This document shows, one piece after another, positions 20,515-29,996 of a stretch of 64,000 nt of DNA. The notes under the pieces are model-generated. The model saw only the letters and a list, made by a program, of their open reading frames with translations. It was not told the origin of the DNA and made no database searches. A program made the translations under genes and the position numbers. Position 1 is the first letter of the stretch. Each line of letters opens with the position of its first letter. The DNA comes from an uncultured Nitrospirota bacterium (GTDB taxonomy: Bacteria; CG2-30-53-67), in NCBI GenBank assembly GCA_945786985.1, contig CALZGC010000039.1, positions 495-64,494 on the forward strand, written 5' to 3'.

Positions 20515-21039
20515 CTAGTGGGCTTTCTTCAGCGGGACGTGCTCGTGGATTCCCTGCTTCAGGCGCTCCTCGAAATTGAACTCCTTATAGAAGGGGCTCT
20601 TCTCGTTGTGGCATTTGCGGCAGGCGGCCTCATCGGGGAGGATCAGTCCCTTCGCAATCACTTCCTCCCGTTTGTAATCCCGGTTGGTCATCATGACCTT
20701 CATGTAGTCCGACCCGGCACCGTGACAAGCTTCACACTGCACGTTCGGCATGTCCGCGCTGCCGTTGACCGTGTGGCAGGGCAGACAGGTCGCATCCCCC
20801 GTGTAGTCTTTGTTCGGATCGAGCCCGGCAGCCGTCTTGGCCTCGGCCCGGACCCCCGGCTTGAGGTGTTCAAAGACCTTGGCCATTTTGGTGGTCTTCC
20901 AGCTCTTAAACTGTTTCATGTGGCACATCTTGCACTTCTTTACGCCTACATAATCGGCTGCCTGCACTGGGCTCACCCCCAACAGGACAAAAAACAAGAC
21001 TCCCATGAAAATCATTCCGTGTTTGAACATACCCCGCAC
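20515..21039 (-). CDS. tetrahaem c-type cytochrome (periplasmic)
   Basis: Signal peptide MIFMGVLFFVLLGVSPVQA; four CxxCH motifs (CKMCH, CLPCH, CEACH, CRKCH). Confidence 0.85.
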   Translation of the reverse strand: MRGMFKHGMIFMGVLFFVLLGVSPVQAADYVGVKKCKMCHMKQFKSWKTTKMAKVFEHLKPGVRAEAKTAAGLDPNKDYTGDATCLPCHTVNGSADMPNVQCEACHGAGSDYMKVMMTNRDYKREEVIAKGLILPDEAACRKCHNEKSPFYKEFNFEERLKQGIHEHVPLKKAH

Positions 21040-21386
21040 CTCCTGTTGTAATTGTGAAAACGGTTAATAAAGACGCAGCATCACCTTATAACTCTTCCGA
21101 CGACGGGCTGTCAAATATATTCAGATTTTTTTCTCGGATAGGTCTGCTGGCTGAGAACCCGTCCACCTTACCCACCACCTTTTTTCCTCCCTCTTTTCAA
21201 AGGGTTAAGCAGTTCTTACAATCCATGCGCCAACACGTCAAGATACGCTTGATTCGAAAGGCTTGTATTTCCTCCATGCCTCGGCTATGATCGCTTCGGC
21301 GCAGCCCCGGCTGTGCGGCACCGTTGCGCCTACAAATAGTGCCGGTTCCGATCAAATCCGCCGGAAACATGCTGCCGGAGACCCTG

Positions 21387-22235
21387 ATGAAACAGCGCCC
21401 GTTAGTCAGCGTGATCATTCCCACCTTCAACCGCTTTGCCATGCTCTGCGAGGCCATCGACTCCGTTCTGGCCCAGACCTTTTCCAACTTCGAACTCATC
21501 GTCGTCGACGACGGCTCCTATGACGAAACCGGCTCGACCCCGGACCGATACGGACCGTCCGTCAAGTATATTTTCCAAAAAAATCAAGGGGTTAGCGCGT
21601 CAAGAAACCGGGGGATTCGCCACGCCAAGGGGGATTTCATCTGTTTTCTGGACTCCGATGACCTCTGGTTGCCCCGGAAGCTCGCGGTTCAATATGCCAA
21701 AATGATCGAGAACCCTGCGGAGTCGATCTCTTACACGGAGGAGATCTGGTACCGTCGGGGGGTCCGGGTGAATCCGAAGAGAAAGCATGCCAAACACGGG
21801 GGGCGGATTTTCACACAGTGTCTGCCGCTCTGCATCATCAGCCCCTCCTCCGTCATGATCCGAAGAAGCCTCTTTCGAGTCGTGGGGCTCTTTGACGAAG
21901 GGCTCCCTGCGTGCGAGGATTACGACCTCTGGCTGCGAATTGCGAAGAATTTCCCGATACGGCTAATCCAGGAACCCCTGATTATCAAACGAAACGGCCA
22001 CCCCGGACAACTCTCGGCCAGTGACTGGGGCTTCGATCGCTACCGCGTGCAAAGCATTGTACAGCTTCTGGCCTCCGGCACGCTGAGCCCGGATCAGGCG
22101 GAAACCGCAGTCGTCGTACTGACACAGAAGTGCCGCATCCTCTGCAAGGGATTTCTGAAACGCGGGAAGACCGAAGAGGCAACGGCTTACGCAAAATTGC
22201 TGCAACAGTGTGCAGGTGCAATATTCCCTTCATAA
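21387..22235 (+). CDS. family-2 glycosyltransferase
   Basis: VSVIIPTFNR...IVVDDGS...CFLDSDD (GT-A fold with DxD). Start set at MKQRPL. Confidence 0.85.
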   Translation: MKQRPLVSVIIPTFNRFAMLCEAIDSVLAQTFSNFELIVVDDGSYDETGSTPDRYGPSVKYIFQKNQGVSASRNRGIRHAKGDFICFLDSDDLWLPRKLAVQYAKMIENPAESISYTEEIWYRRGVRVNPKRKHAKHGGRIFTQCLPLCIISPSSVMIRRSLFRVVGLFDEGLPACEDYDLWLRIAKNFPIRLIQEPLIIKRNGHPGQLSASDWGFDRYRVQSIVQLLASGTLSPDQAETAVVVLTQKCRILCKGFLKRGKTEEATAYAKLLQQCAGAIFPS

Positions 22236-22328
22236 ATCCGTACCCCCTGCCCCATTGGCCACTGGAGGTCCCCCCGCTTCGCCCGGCTCGATTAGCAAAC
22301 CGCCGAACAGAACCTGAGGGCCGCAAGG

Positions 22329-22344
22329 TGTGTCAAATAACACA
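22329..22344. promoter_or_regulatory. CRP/FNR-like palindrome TGTGT-N6-ACACA upstream of the haem-sensor kinase gene
   Basis: TGTGTCAAATAACACA, about 95 nt upstream of the ATG at 22437. Confidence 0.2.
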
Positions 22345-22436
22345 TTTTTCTTGCTTTCAGAACATCGCCGTGATATTTTTAGTGGATAGTGTATTGATCA
22401 GGGCACACACCTCTACTATATAAGAAGCGTTCATTC

Positions 22437-23948
22437 ATGGGTTTGCTTCAACATGCGAATTTGAGTCTTAAATTCCGATTTGTCTGTTTTGTCGTCCTGT
22501 TGCTGACACTCACCATCGGTGTTTTCTCCTACTATCTTCTGAAGATTCAGCGCAACCAGCTCATGGATGTCACCCGGGAGAAGCTGCGCGACGTTGCCGA
22601 CACCATCGAGAAGTCCATCCAGACGTCCATGGAGGTCGGCCGCAGTCAGGACGTCAAGCGGATCATCGAAACGGTGGGTTCCCTGCCCGATCTGAAGCAG
22701 GTGCGGATCTTCTCAAAACGGGGCGTCATTCTGATCTCCAACGATCCGGAAGAGGTGGGTGCGACGATCGACAAAGAAGAGATGGAGTTGTTCCGCCAGC
22801 AGAAGTTCTCCACGGTCTACGATATCAAACTGCTCGAGCAGCCGGTGTTCAGGATTGTCCGACCTATCATGAACGAGCCCCGCTGCTATCGTTGCCACGG
22901 TGCCAACCCCAACCAGATTAACGGTGTTCTCGAAGTGGACGTCTCCATGCAGAAGGTTCACGAACGGATGGCATCGGTGAGACGATTCATGACCACCTCA
23001 ACCCTGGTCACACTCGCCGTGCTGATGGTCTCCCTTCTGTTCCTGGTCTCTCACCTGGTCAACCGGCCCATCCAGAGCCTGATCACGACCATGCGAAAAG
23101 CAGAGCGGGGGGACATCACCGCTCGGGTGATTCCCGACGACACCCTTGAATTTGGAGAGCTGGGGCGCAATTTCAATTCCATGATCACCAAACTTCAGAA
23201 GGCACAACACGACCTGGAAGAGATGCACGACCAGCAGATGGAGCGGGTCGATCGCTTCGCTACGATCGGGGAGCTGGCGGCGGGCATCGCCCATGAAATC
23301 AAGAATCCCATCGCCGGTATCGGTGGCGCCATCCAGATCCTCATGGAGGACTTTCCGCGCAACGATCACCGACGGGAGATCTTTGAGGAAATTCTGAAGC
23401 AGATCGACCGAATCGATCAGGACATCAAAGACCTGTTGAGCTACGCGCGAACGGCCAAGCCGACCCTCGAAGAACACGATATCAACAAAGTGATTCAGCA
23501 GGCCCTGTTCCTCATCCGTGACCGGGCGGCGCAACAGCGGGTGGAGGTACTCACCGAATTGAGTGAGAAGCTCCCCTCCATCGAGATCGATGAAAAACAG
23601 ATCCAGCAGGTGCTCGTGAACCTCGGCTTGAACGCCATTCAAGCGATGCCGAACGGCGGCGTGCTGAAAATAACCTCCGCCGTTGACGATAGCTCACAGG
23701 ATCCAGAATTCGCGGCGATTCGCGTGGAAGACACGGGGCGTGGGATTTCTCCGAAAAACATTTCGAAGATCTTTACACCCTTCTTTACCACCCGTCACAC
23801 CGGTACCGGCCTGGGGCTGCCCATCAGCCAGAAAATTATTAACCATCACCACGGCACCATCGAAGTCAAGAGCCAGCCCGGCGACGGCACCTGCTTCACG
23901 CTGAGACTGCCGCTGACACGGGCCGGTTTCATGGCACGAGGAGAATAG
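22437..23948 (+). CDS. sensor histidine kinase (two TM helices, periplasmic domain with one CxxCH motif, HAMP, HisKA, HATPase)
   Basis: TM1 FVCFVVLLLTLTIGVFSYYLL; periplasmic segment ending PRCYRCHGANP; TM2; HAMP; H-box IAHEIKNPIAGI; ATPase G-boxes (VEDTGRGI, GTGLGLPIS). Confidence 0.9.
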   Translation: MGLLQHANLSLKFRFVCFVVLLLTLTIGVFSYYLLKIQRNQLMDVTREKLRDVADTIEKSIQTSMEVGRSQDVKRIIETVGSLPDLKQVRIFSKRGVILISNDPEEVGATIDKEEMELFRQQKFSTVYDIKLLEQPVFRIVRPIMNEPRCYRCHGANPNQINGVLEVDVSMQKVHERMASVRRFMTTSTLVTLAVLMVSLLFLVSHLVNRPIQSLITTMRKAERGDITARVIPDDTLEFGELGRNFNSMITKLQKAQHDLEEMHDQQMERVDRFATIGELAAGIAHEIKNPIAGIGGAIQILMEDFPRNDHRREIFEEILKQIDRIDQDIKDLLSYARTAKPTLEEHDINKVIQQALFLIRDRAAQQRVEVLTELSEKLPSIEIDEKQIQQVLVNLGLNAIQAMPNGGVLKITSAVDDSSQDPEFAAIRVEDTGRGISPKNISKIFTPFFTTRHTGTGLGLPISQKIINHHHGTIEVKSQPGDGTCFTLRLPLTRAGFMARGE

Positions 23949-23951
23949 CGG

Positions 23952-24305
23952 ATGCATTCCGAGAGAAGAAGCTCTCCTCGGGTTCCCGTCTCGGTCACCG
24001 TCACCTACCGGGTGGACGGCCACGAGAGAGAGGGAACCTACCGGGTGGAATCGGTGAATGTAAGCGAGGGCGGTGTTTTCGTTGCCACCGACGTGCCCCT
24101 GGGACTCGGGACGGAGGTACATCTGGAGTTTCACCTTCCGAATCAGAGTGAGTCCATTCAGGCTTCCGGAAGGATCGTCTGGTACGGCCGGGCGGAAACA
24201 GCCGGAGGGGGGATGGTCCTGGGGAAAGGCATTCAGTTCACAGATTGTACGGAGCGGTGCCGTCAGCACCTGGCAACCTATGTGGCTCAATACCAAAGGT
24301 CGTAG
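23952..24305 (+). CDS. PilZ-domain protein (c-di-GMP receptor candidate)
   Basis: RxxxR (RRSSPR) and N/DxSxxG (NVSEGG) PilZ motifs. Starts 4 nt after the kinase stop. Confidence 0.8.
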   Translation: MHSERRSSPRVPVSVTVTYRVDGHEREGTYRVESVNVSEGGVFVATDVPLGLGTEVHLEFHLPNQSESIQASGRIVWYGRAETAGGGMVLGKGIQFTDCTERCRQHLATYVAQYQRS

Positions 24306-25986
24306 AAGAAGACCGTTTTGCCCCGCAAGACGCGCGCGCGCGCCGGGTGGAGCGCTGTTACTCCTGACCGCCTTGGCAATCCTGCATGTCGGCTGCGGCA
24401 ATCCGCCGGTGAGTCTCCCGAATGGCAAGGAGGCCATCACCATCGGCGGTTCTGCCTCGCCCGCGCCCATCGTCAAGGCGCTGGTACGGGCGTACGGGCA
24501 GAAGCACCCCGGCGACAAGATTCAGTTTCTGCCAGATGTCCATTCGACCGGGGGCATTCTGGGGGTGGCGGACGGCACGCTCGATATGGGTTTTGTGTCA
24601 CGGGCGCTCACCCCGGAAGAGGACAGATATGCGCTGCTCCGGTACCCCTTTGCCCTGGACATTGTGGTGTTCGCGACCCATCCGGGTGTGCAGGTGGCCG
24701 AACTCTCCACACGTGAAGTGCTGGACATCTATTCGGGAAAAATCTCTAACTGGAAAGAACTGGGCGGTCCCGATCTGGCCGTTGTGGTATTGGACCGGCC
24801 GGAACATTCCTCGGCGAAGCAGGCGCTGCGCCAGTCGCTGTTCGGCGAAGACTTTTCCTGCCGGCCGGACGCCCTGGTACTGGAGCGCGTCAATCAGATG
24901 GACGACGCCCTCCAGACCATAACCGGCAGTATTGGCTACACGTCCTACAGCAATCTCTTTGCACGCAAATTTGATATCCCCCTCCTACGGCTGGACGGCA
25001 CTCTGCCGACCGTTTGGAATCTCGAGCGGCGCATCAGTAAAACCTATCGACAGTACGCCTTCGTGATCAAGGGGCGCCCGGAGCACCTGGTCAAGCGCTT
25101 TCTCAAGTTCGTGTACAGCCAGACCGCACAGGAGATCATCCGAACCAACGGGTTGGTCCCCGAGCGGCGCAAAGTCACCATCGCCTTTGCTCCGGAAATC
25201 AACCTTATGGAGCAGGAAACCCGTTACATCCCGCTGTTCAACTATCTCCACCGGAAAAGCGGAATCTTCATCGATATGAAATACTCGGCCAGCTATTCCC
25301 ACCTCATCCAGGATCTTGTGGCAAAGAGGTTTGACGGGGCCCTGCTCGGAAGCTTCGCCTACGGCCTGATCAATGAACAGGCTCCCCTGGAAGTACTCGG
25401 GCGGCCCGTCATCAACGGCCAGAGCTTTTACACGGGCATTCTGTTCGTACGGAAAGATAGTGGGATCAGGAACCTGGAGGATCTGCGGGGGAAGACATTC
25501 AGTTTCGTCGACCGGGCCACCACGGCGGGCTATCTTTTCCCCCTGCTCTACTTCAAACAGCACGGCATCACCGCGCCGGAGGACTTTTTCGAGAAAACCC
25601 TTTTCTCGGGAAGTCACGATGCATCCATCATGGCGGTTCTGAACGGACAAGCCGACGCGGCAGCGGCTAAGGATCTCGTTGTCATGCGGGTGGGCGAAAA
25701 GGACGTCCGGGTGGCCCTCGAACTTCTCATGCTGGCTACGTCTCTGCCGGTACCGACCAACGGGCTCTGTGTCAACCAGAGCCTCGACTGGGATTTACAA
25801 GAAGATTTGCAGAAGGTGCTACTGGGAATGGAGGAGGATCCGGAGGGACGGCAAGTGTTGAAACGCTTCGGTGCCGAACGTTTCCTGCCCACGACGCACC
25901 GGGATTACCAGAACCTATATGTCATGCTGAAAGAACTCGGCATCGACCCTGCAACTTATTTAAGTAGGCATAAAGGCACCCCTTGA
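24280..25986 (+). CDS. fused periplasmic binding protein: PstS-like phosphate-binding domain plus PhnD/SsuA-like domain
   Basis: Lipoprotein signal LLLLTALAILHVGC. N-half IGGSASPAPIVKAL...GSIGYTSYS (PBP-like-2); C-half TTAGYLFPLLYF...LNGQADAAA (PhnD-like). The only in-frame start overlaps the PilZ 3' end. Confidence 0.75.
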   Translation: MWLNTKGRRRRPFCPARRARAPGGALLLLTALAILHVGCGNPPVSLPNGKEAITIGGSASPAPIVKALVRAYGQKHPGDKIQFLPDVHSTGGILGVADGTLDMGFVSRALTPEEDRYALLRYPFALDIVVFATHPGVQVAELSTREVLDIYSGKISNWKELGGPDLAVVVLDRPEHSSAKQALRQSLFGEDFSCRPDALVLERVNQMDDALQTITGSIGYTSYSNLFARKFDIPLLRLDGTLPTVWNLERRISKTYRQYAFVIKGRPEHLVKRFLKFVYSQTAQEIIRTNGLVPERRKVTIAFAPEINLMEQETRYIPLFNYLHRKSGIFIDMKYSASYSHLIQDLVAKRFDGALLGSFAYGLINEQAPLEVLGRPVINGQSFYTGILFVRKDSGIRNLEDLRGKTFSFVDRATTAGYLFPLLYFKQHGITAPEDFFEKTLFSGSHDASIMAVLNGQADAAAAKDLVVMRVGEKDVRVALELLMLATSLPVPTNGLCVNQSLDWDLQEDLQKVLLGMEEDPEGRQVLKRFGAERFLPTTHRDYQNLYVMLKELGIDPATYLSRHKGTP

Positions 25987-26004
25987 GCCGAGAGACAAGA
26001 ATCG

Positions 26005-27780
26005 ATGGGTCATCTTGACACACAGAAACCGGCCAGTCCCACGATGAGATTGCTCGAGCCCTGGCGCAAAGCCAGTCTTCGAACAAAGGTGTTGATTCCC
26101 TTCCTGGTCATCTTCGTTATTTCGATGCTTCTGGGCACCTATTACTTTCTTAACGTCGTGCTCCGGATGATCGAGTCCCGCATCGAGGAACAACTCCGAG
26201 GCAGTGCGACCCACATTACCCAGGAGCTTCTTCAACAGGAACAACGTATTCTGCACCATGCCCAGAACATGGTGGAAATCAAACTATTGGCCGATCAGAC
26301 ACCGGATACCAATCAGGCAAGATTGCTTCAGATACACGAACTGCAGGCCCTGCGCACCGGGAGCATCCGATTCCTAGGCGTTTACGGAAAGGATCTCTCG
26401 GCCGGGGATCCCCTGTATCCCCTTGTACAAAAAGGTCTGCGGGGGCTTCGTGTCACTGCCCTCATTCAAAGGGATGACCCGGCTGGCACCTCGTGGCATC
26501 TGGTGGGGGTGGCCCCGGTTCCCGCGCCAGCATGGACCGTCGAAGTAGTCCTGCTGGAAACGGTGCTGGATCGAAGCTTTCTCGAGGAGTTGGGAAAACG
26601 TTTCGGTGCAGACGTTGCCCTTTACGATCGTCAGGGCGACCCCATGGCGGAAACGGGATACCAGACGGACAATACGAAAGGTCCTGCTCTGCACGCGCGG
26701 GTACAAGCTGCAGCCGCGCTGCCGGCGGACACCCATCTGCTTGTGCCACAGATGCTGAACGTAGGCGGCACGCCCTACAAGGCAATGTTAGCACCCTTCA
26801 CCGTCAATTACGAACCGGCCGGCACCATCGCCGTCATGATACCGGTGCAGGGATTTCTCTCGACGCGAACACTGGTCGTCGGGCAGGCGGTGGCGTACGC
26901 ACTGATTATCATCATCGGCATGAGTCTGCTCTATCTCCTGATCGTGAGAGGGATCACGGTCCCGTTGAAAGCGCTGGAGAAGGGCGCTCAGCGGATGATG
27001 GCGGGCGCGCCGGTCGAGGGTATCGAGACCCCGTCTGGCGATGAAGTGGGGACCCTCACGCACACCTTCAACGAGATGTCCCGGTCCCTGCAGCACCGGG
27101 AAAAGCAACTGCGGGTGAAAGCCCGGGAGTTCGAGAACAAAACAGAGGAACTCAATGCCATACTGGAACACATGGCCGACAGCGTCGTGGTCCTGAACCG
27201 GGATTACCGGATCGAATACATGAACCGGGCCGCCGTGGACGCCTTCGACGAGAGGGTCGGTGAGAAATGCTACAAAGTCTTTTATGGCAAGGACGAACCC
27301 TGCCACCCCTGTTCCATTGATGAGATCTTGCGCAAGAAGCAGCCTGTCTTTCAGTACAGTTCCGCCGATCCCAGAGGTAAATATTATGAAGTCATCGCCC
27401 AGCCGCTGCACCAGGTAAACGGCGAAGACAAGGTCATTACGATCCGACGGGACATTACGCAGCAGCGGCTGCGCATTGCAGAGCAGAGAAAAATGGAGAA
27501 GAAGATTCAGCAAGAGCGCCTGGCCGCCATCCAGCAGGTGGTCGTGAGCATTAAACATACCGTCAACAATTCATTAACCGCCATCTTCGGGTCGCTGGAG
27601 CTTCTCAAACAAAAGGACTGTAAACTCTCCGAAAAGGACCGGGAAATCGTTGGCATTATCGAATCGGAGTCGGATAAAATCAAGAGCGTTGTCTCCAAGC
27701 TGTCGAATATCACGGACCCGGTGGTGACCCAGTACACGGAGGATGTGACCATGATCGACTTGGATGACCCGTCGGTCTGA
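26005..27780 (+). CDS. membrane sensor protein HAMP–PAS–HisKA, lacking an ATP-binding (HATPase) domain
   Basis: TM helix; large extracytoplasmic domain; TM2 (AYALIIIIGMSLLYLLIV); HAMP; PAS (contains CHPC); DHp-like helix (VVVSIKHTVNNSLTAI). The ORF ends ~60 aa later with no N/G1/F/G2 boxes. Confidence 0.75.
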   Translation: MGHLDTQKPASPTMRLLEPWRKASLRTKVLIPFLVIFVISMLLGTYYFLNVVLRMIESRIEEQLRGSATHITQELLQQEQRILHHAQNMVEIKLLADQTPDTNQARLLQIHELQALRTGSIRFLGVYGKDLSAGDPLYPLVQKGLRGLRVTALIQRDDPAGTSWHLVGVAPVPAPAWTVEVVLLETVLDRSFLEELGKRFGADVALYDRQGDPMAETGYQTDNTKGPALHARVQAAAALPADTHLLVPQMLNVGGTPYKAMLAPFTVNYEPAGTIAVMIPVQGFLSTRTLVVGQAVAYALIIIIGMSLLYLLIVRGITVPLKALEKGAQRMMAGAPVEGIETPSGDEVGTLTHTFNEMSRSLQHREKQLRVKAREFENKTEELNAILEHMADSVVVLNRDYRIEYMNRAAVDAFDERVGEKCYKVFYGKDEPCHPCSIDEILRKKQPVFQYSSADPRGKYYEVIAQPLHQVNGEDKVITIRRDITQQRLRIAEQRKMEKKIQQERLAAIQQVVVSIKHTVNNSLTAIFGSLELLKQKDCKLSEKDREIVGIIESESDKIKSVVSKLSNITDPVVTQYTEDVTMIDLDDPSV

Positions 27781-27867
27781 TCGAATCCCCCCACCTGTCG
27801 AGGGAGACAGCCAGTACCCTGTCCGGAACTGACGGTCTGAAGTCATTGCAATAAGGAGTTAACCGAT

Positions 27868-29238
27868 ATGGCAAAAGCAAGAATTCTTGTGGTGGACGAC
27901 GAAAAACTGATCCGCTGGTCTCTGAAGGAGAATCTGGAGAAGGAGAAATACGAAGTCTACACGGCCAGCACCGGCGAAGAAGCGCTGGAGCTGATCCATG
28001 AGGAATTGCCCGATCTGATTCTCCAGGACATCAAACTCCCCGGAGTCAGCGGCCTTGAGATTCTCGAAGAAGTGAAGAAACTGCGAGAGGAGTCCTTGGT
28101 CATCATGATGACGGCCTACGGGGACATCAACACCTCCGTCAAGGCCATGAAGCTCGGCGCCTACGACTTCGTCGAAAAACCTTTCGTTTTCGACAAATTA
28201 AAGCTCACCATCGCCAAGGCTCTCGAAACGGTCAATCTCAAGAAGGAGGTGCATGTTTTCAAGAGTCAGCAGAAGGCCCAGTTCCGCCTGGACAATGTGG
28301 TGGGCCAGTCAGACTCAATGAACCGCGTTTTCAAAATGGTGGAGAAACTCTCCCGTAGTGACGCCACGACGGTGCTCCTGCAGGGAGAGAGCGGAACGGG
28401 GAAGGATGTCATTGCAAAGGCCATTCATTATCAGAGCCGCCGGGCGGAGGCACCGTACATGGAGATCAACTGCACGTCCCTGCCCGACACGCTCATCGAA
28501 AGTGAGCTTTTCGGGCATGAAAAGGGCGCCTTCACGGACGCGAGAGCCATGAAGAAGGGGCTCTTCGAAATCACCGACGGGGGTACCATTCTCCTGGACG
28601 AAATCGGGGATATGCCCTTGAGCACGCAGTCCAAACTGCTTCGAGTCATCGAAAACAAAGCCTTTAAACGCCTCGGAGGCGTCAAGGATATCGTCGTCGA
28701 TGTAAGAATCATCGCCGCGACGAACAAGGACCTGAAGCAGGCGTCCGCAGGGGGCAGCTTTCGGGAGGATCTCTACTATCGACTGAAAGTATTCCCCATC
28801 TATCTACCTACCCTGCGGGACCGGTCGGAAGACATCCCCCTGCTGGTCCGGCACTTCGTCACTACCTTCAATCATGAATTCAAGAAGAACGTGCGCGGCA
28901 TTTCGCCGGAGGCCCAGGATATGATGATGGCCTACCACTGGCCGGGAAACGTCCGGGAGCTGAAGAATGTCATTGAACGGGCAATAATCCTCGAAAGCGA
29001 AGACGTTATTCTGCCCGAACATCTCCCCCTGGAAGTGGTCCGACCCGAGCCGGTCACGAATCCCCACGGCTCATCCATTCAGCTTCCCGCCGAAGGGGTT
29101 TCGCTGTCGGAAGTGGAGAGAGAGCTGATTGAGCAGGCCTTGGCCACATCGAAAGGCAACCAGGTCCATGCAGCCAAATTGCTTCGCATGAGTCGGGACA
29201 CCCTTCGCTATCGTATGAAGAAACACGATCTGCTCTGA
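27868..29238 (+). CDS. sigma-54-dependent response regulator (NtrC family: REC, AAA+, HTH)
   Basis: REC (VVDDEKLIRW...D at LILQD), Walker A GESGTGKD, GAFTDA sigma-54 contact motif, C-terminal Fis-type HTH. Confidence 0.93.
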   Translation: MAKARILVVDDEKLIRWSLKENLEKEKYEVYTASTGEEALELIHEELPDLILQDIKLPGVSGLEILEEVKKLREESLVIMMTAYGDINTSVKAMKLGAYDFVEKPFVFDKLKLTIAKALETVNLKKEVHVFKSQQKAQFRLDNVVGQSDSMNRVFKMVEKLSRSDATTVLLQGESGTGKDVIAKAIHYQSRRAEAPYMEINCTSLPDTLIESELFGHEKGAFTDARAMKKGLFEITDGGTILLDEIGDMPLSTQSKLLRVIENKAFKRLGGVKDIVVDVRIIAATNKDLKQASAGGSFREDLYYRLKVFPIYLPTLRDRSEDIPLLVRHFVTTFNHEFKKNVRGISPEAQDMMMAYHWPGNVRELKNVIERAIILESEDVILPEHLPLEVVRPEPVTNPHGSSIQLPAEGVSLSEVERELIEQALATSKGNQVHAAKLLRMSRDTLRYRMKKHDLL

Positions 29239-29545
29239 CCAGGCTGTAGGCAAATCCGGGGGCACAGCCAAATCCGGTGCCTGCGGCCGTAAGCCGGAAG
29301 ACGCACCCGGAATACAACAACCTCCCCCCAAGCCCTGCTGCCGCCAAATGCCGCAGGGCGTGTGCCATATGCCCACCCCCGTTCACGCCAGGCCTTTGGG
29401 AACCGCTGTGACCGACCCTCGCTACCAGCAGCGGCGCACAAAACATCCTCTCGTGCAGCATTTTTTCCTTGAAAAAACAAAGGATTGAATATAGACTGCT
29501 GCCAGTCGAATTGATCGGTCTACCATATTTGCGCGTCCTGGATCG

Positions 29546-29561
29546 TGGTACGGGAATTGCA
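29546..29561 (+). promoter_or_regulatory. sigma-54 (−24/−12) promoter for the regulator–cytochrome operon
   Basis: TGGTACGGGAATTGCA matches the TGGCAC-N5-TTGCW spacing exactly, ~58 nt upstream of ATG 29619. An A/T inverted repeat (TTTTTTCCTTGAAAAAA, ~29462) and direct repeats (GCAAATCCGG...CCAAATCCGG, ~29250–29283) lie further upstream. Confidence 0.6.
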
Positions 29562-29618
29562 CGTTAGCACCCTATTACTCTTGCCCCCGCAGACAGCTGT
29601 TACGAAAAGGACCCGCAC

Positions 29619-29996
29619 GTGCATAAAAACATCCTGGTCGTTGATGATGAGAAGCTTGTCCGGTGGACCATCCAGCAATCCATGGGGAAACAGAATGTCC
29701 GAGTGGTCTCCGCTGCAACCGGGGCGGAAGCCATGGAGAAGCTCCGGGAAGAACGTTTTGACATCATCATCACCGACTACGTCATGCCCGGGTTCAATGG
29801 CATTGAAGTGGCTCGCCGGGCCCGCCTGCTTCAGCCGGAGAGCAAGATTATCATGATTACAGCCCACGAAATGATTCTGGACCGGGATGAGGCGGACCGG
29901 GCGGGCGTGAGCAGTATCATCAACAAGCCGTTCATGATCAGTGAGGTCAGAAACATCATCTCGGATCTCCTGTCGGAACAGAGAGACTCTGCATAA
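29619..29996 (+). CDS. single-domain response regulator (CheY-like)
   Basis: VVDDEKLVRW...IIITDYVMPG...phospho-Asp pocket. Its stop overlaps the start of the next gene (TAATG). Confidence 0.88.
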   Translation: MHKNILVVDDEKLVRWTIQQSMGKQNVRVVSAATGAEAMEKLREERFDIIITDYVMPGFNGIEVARRARLLQPESKIIMITAHEMILDRDEADRAGVSSIINKPFMISEVRNIISDLLSEQRDSA

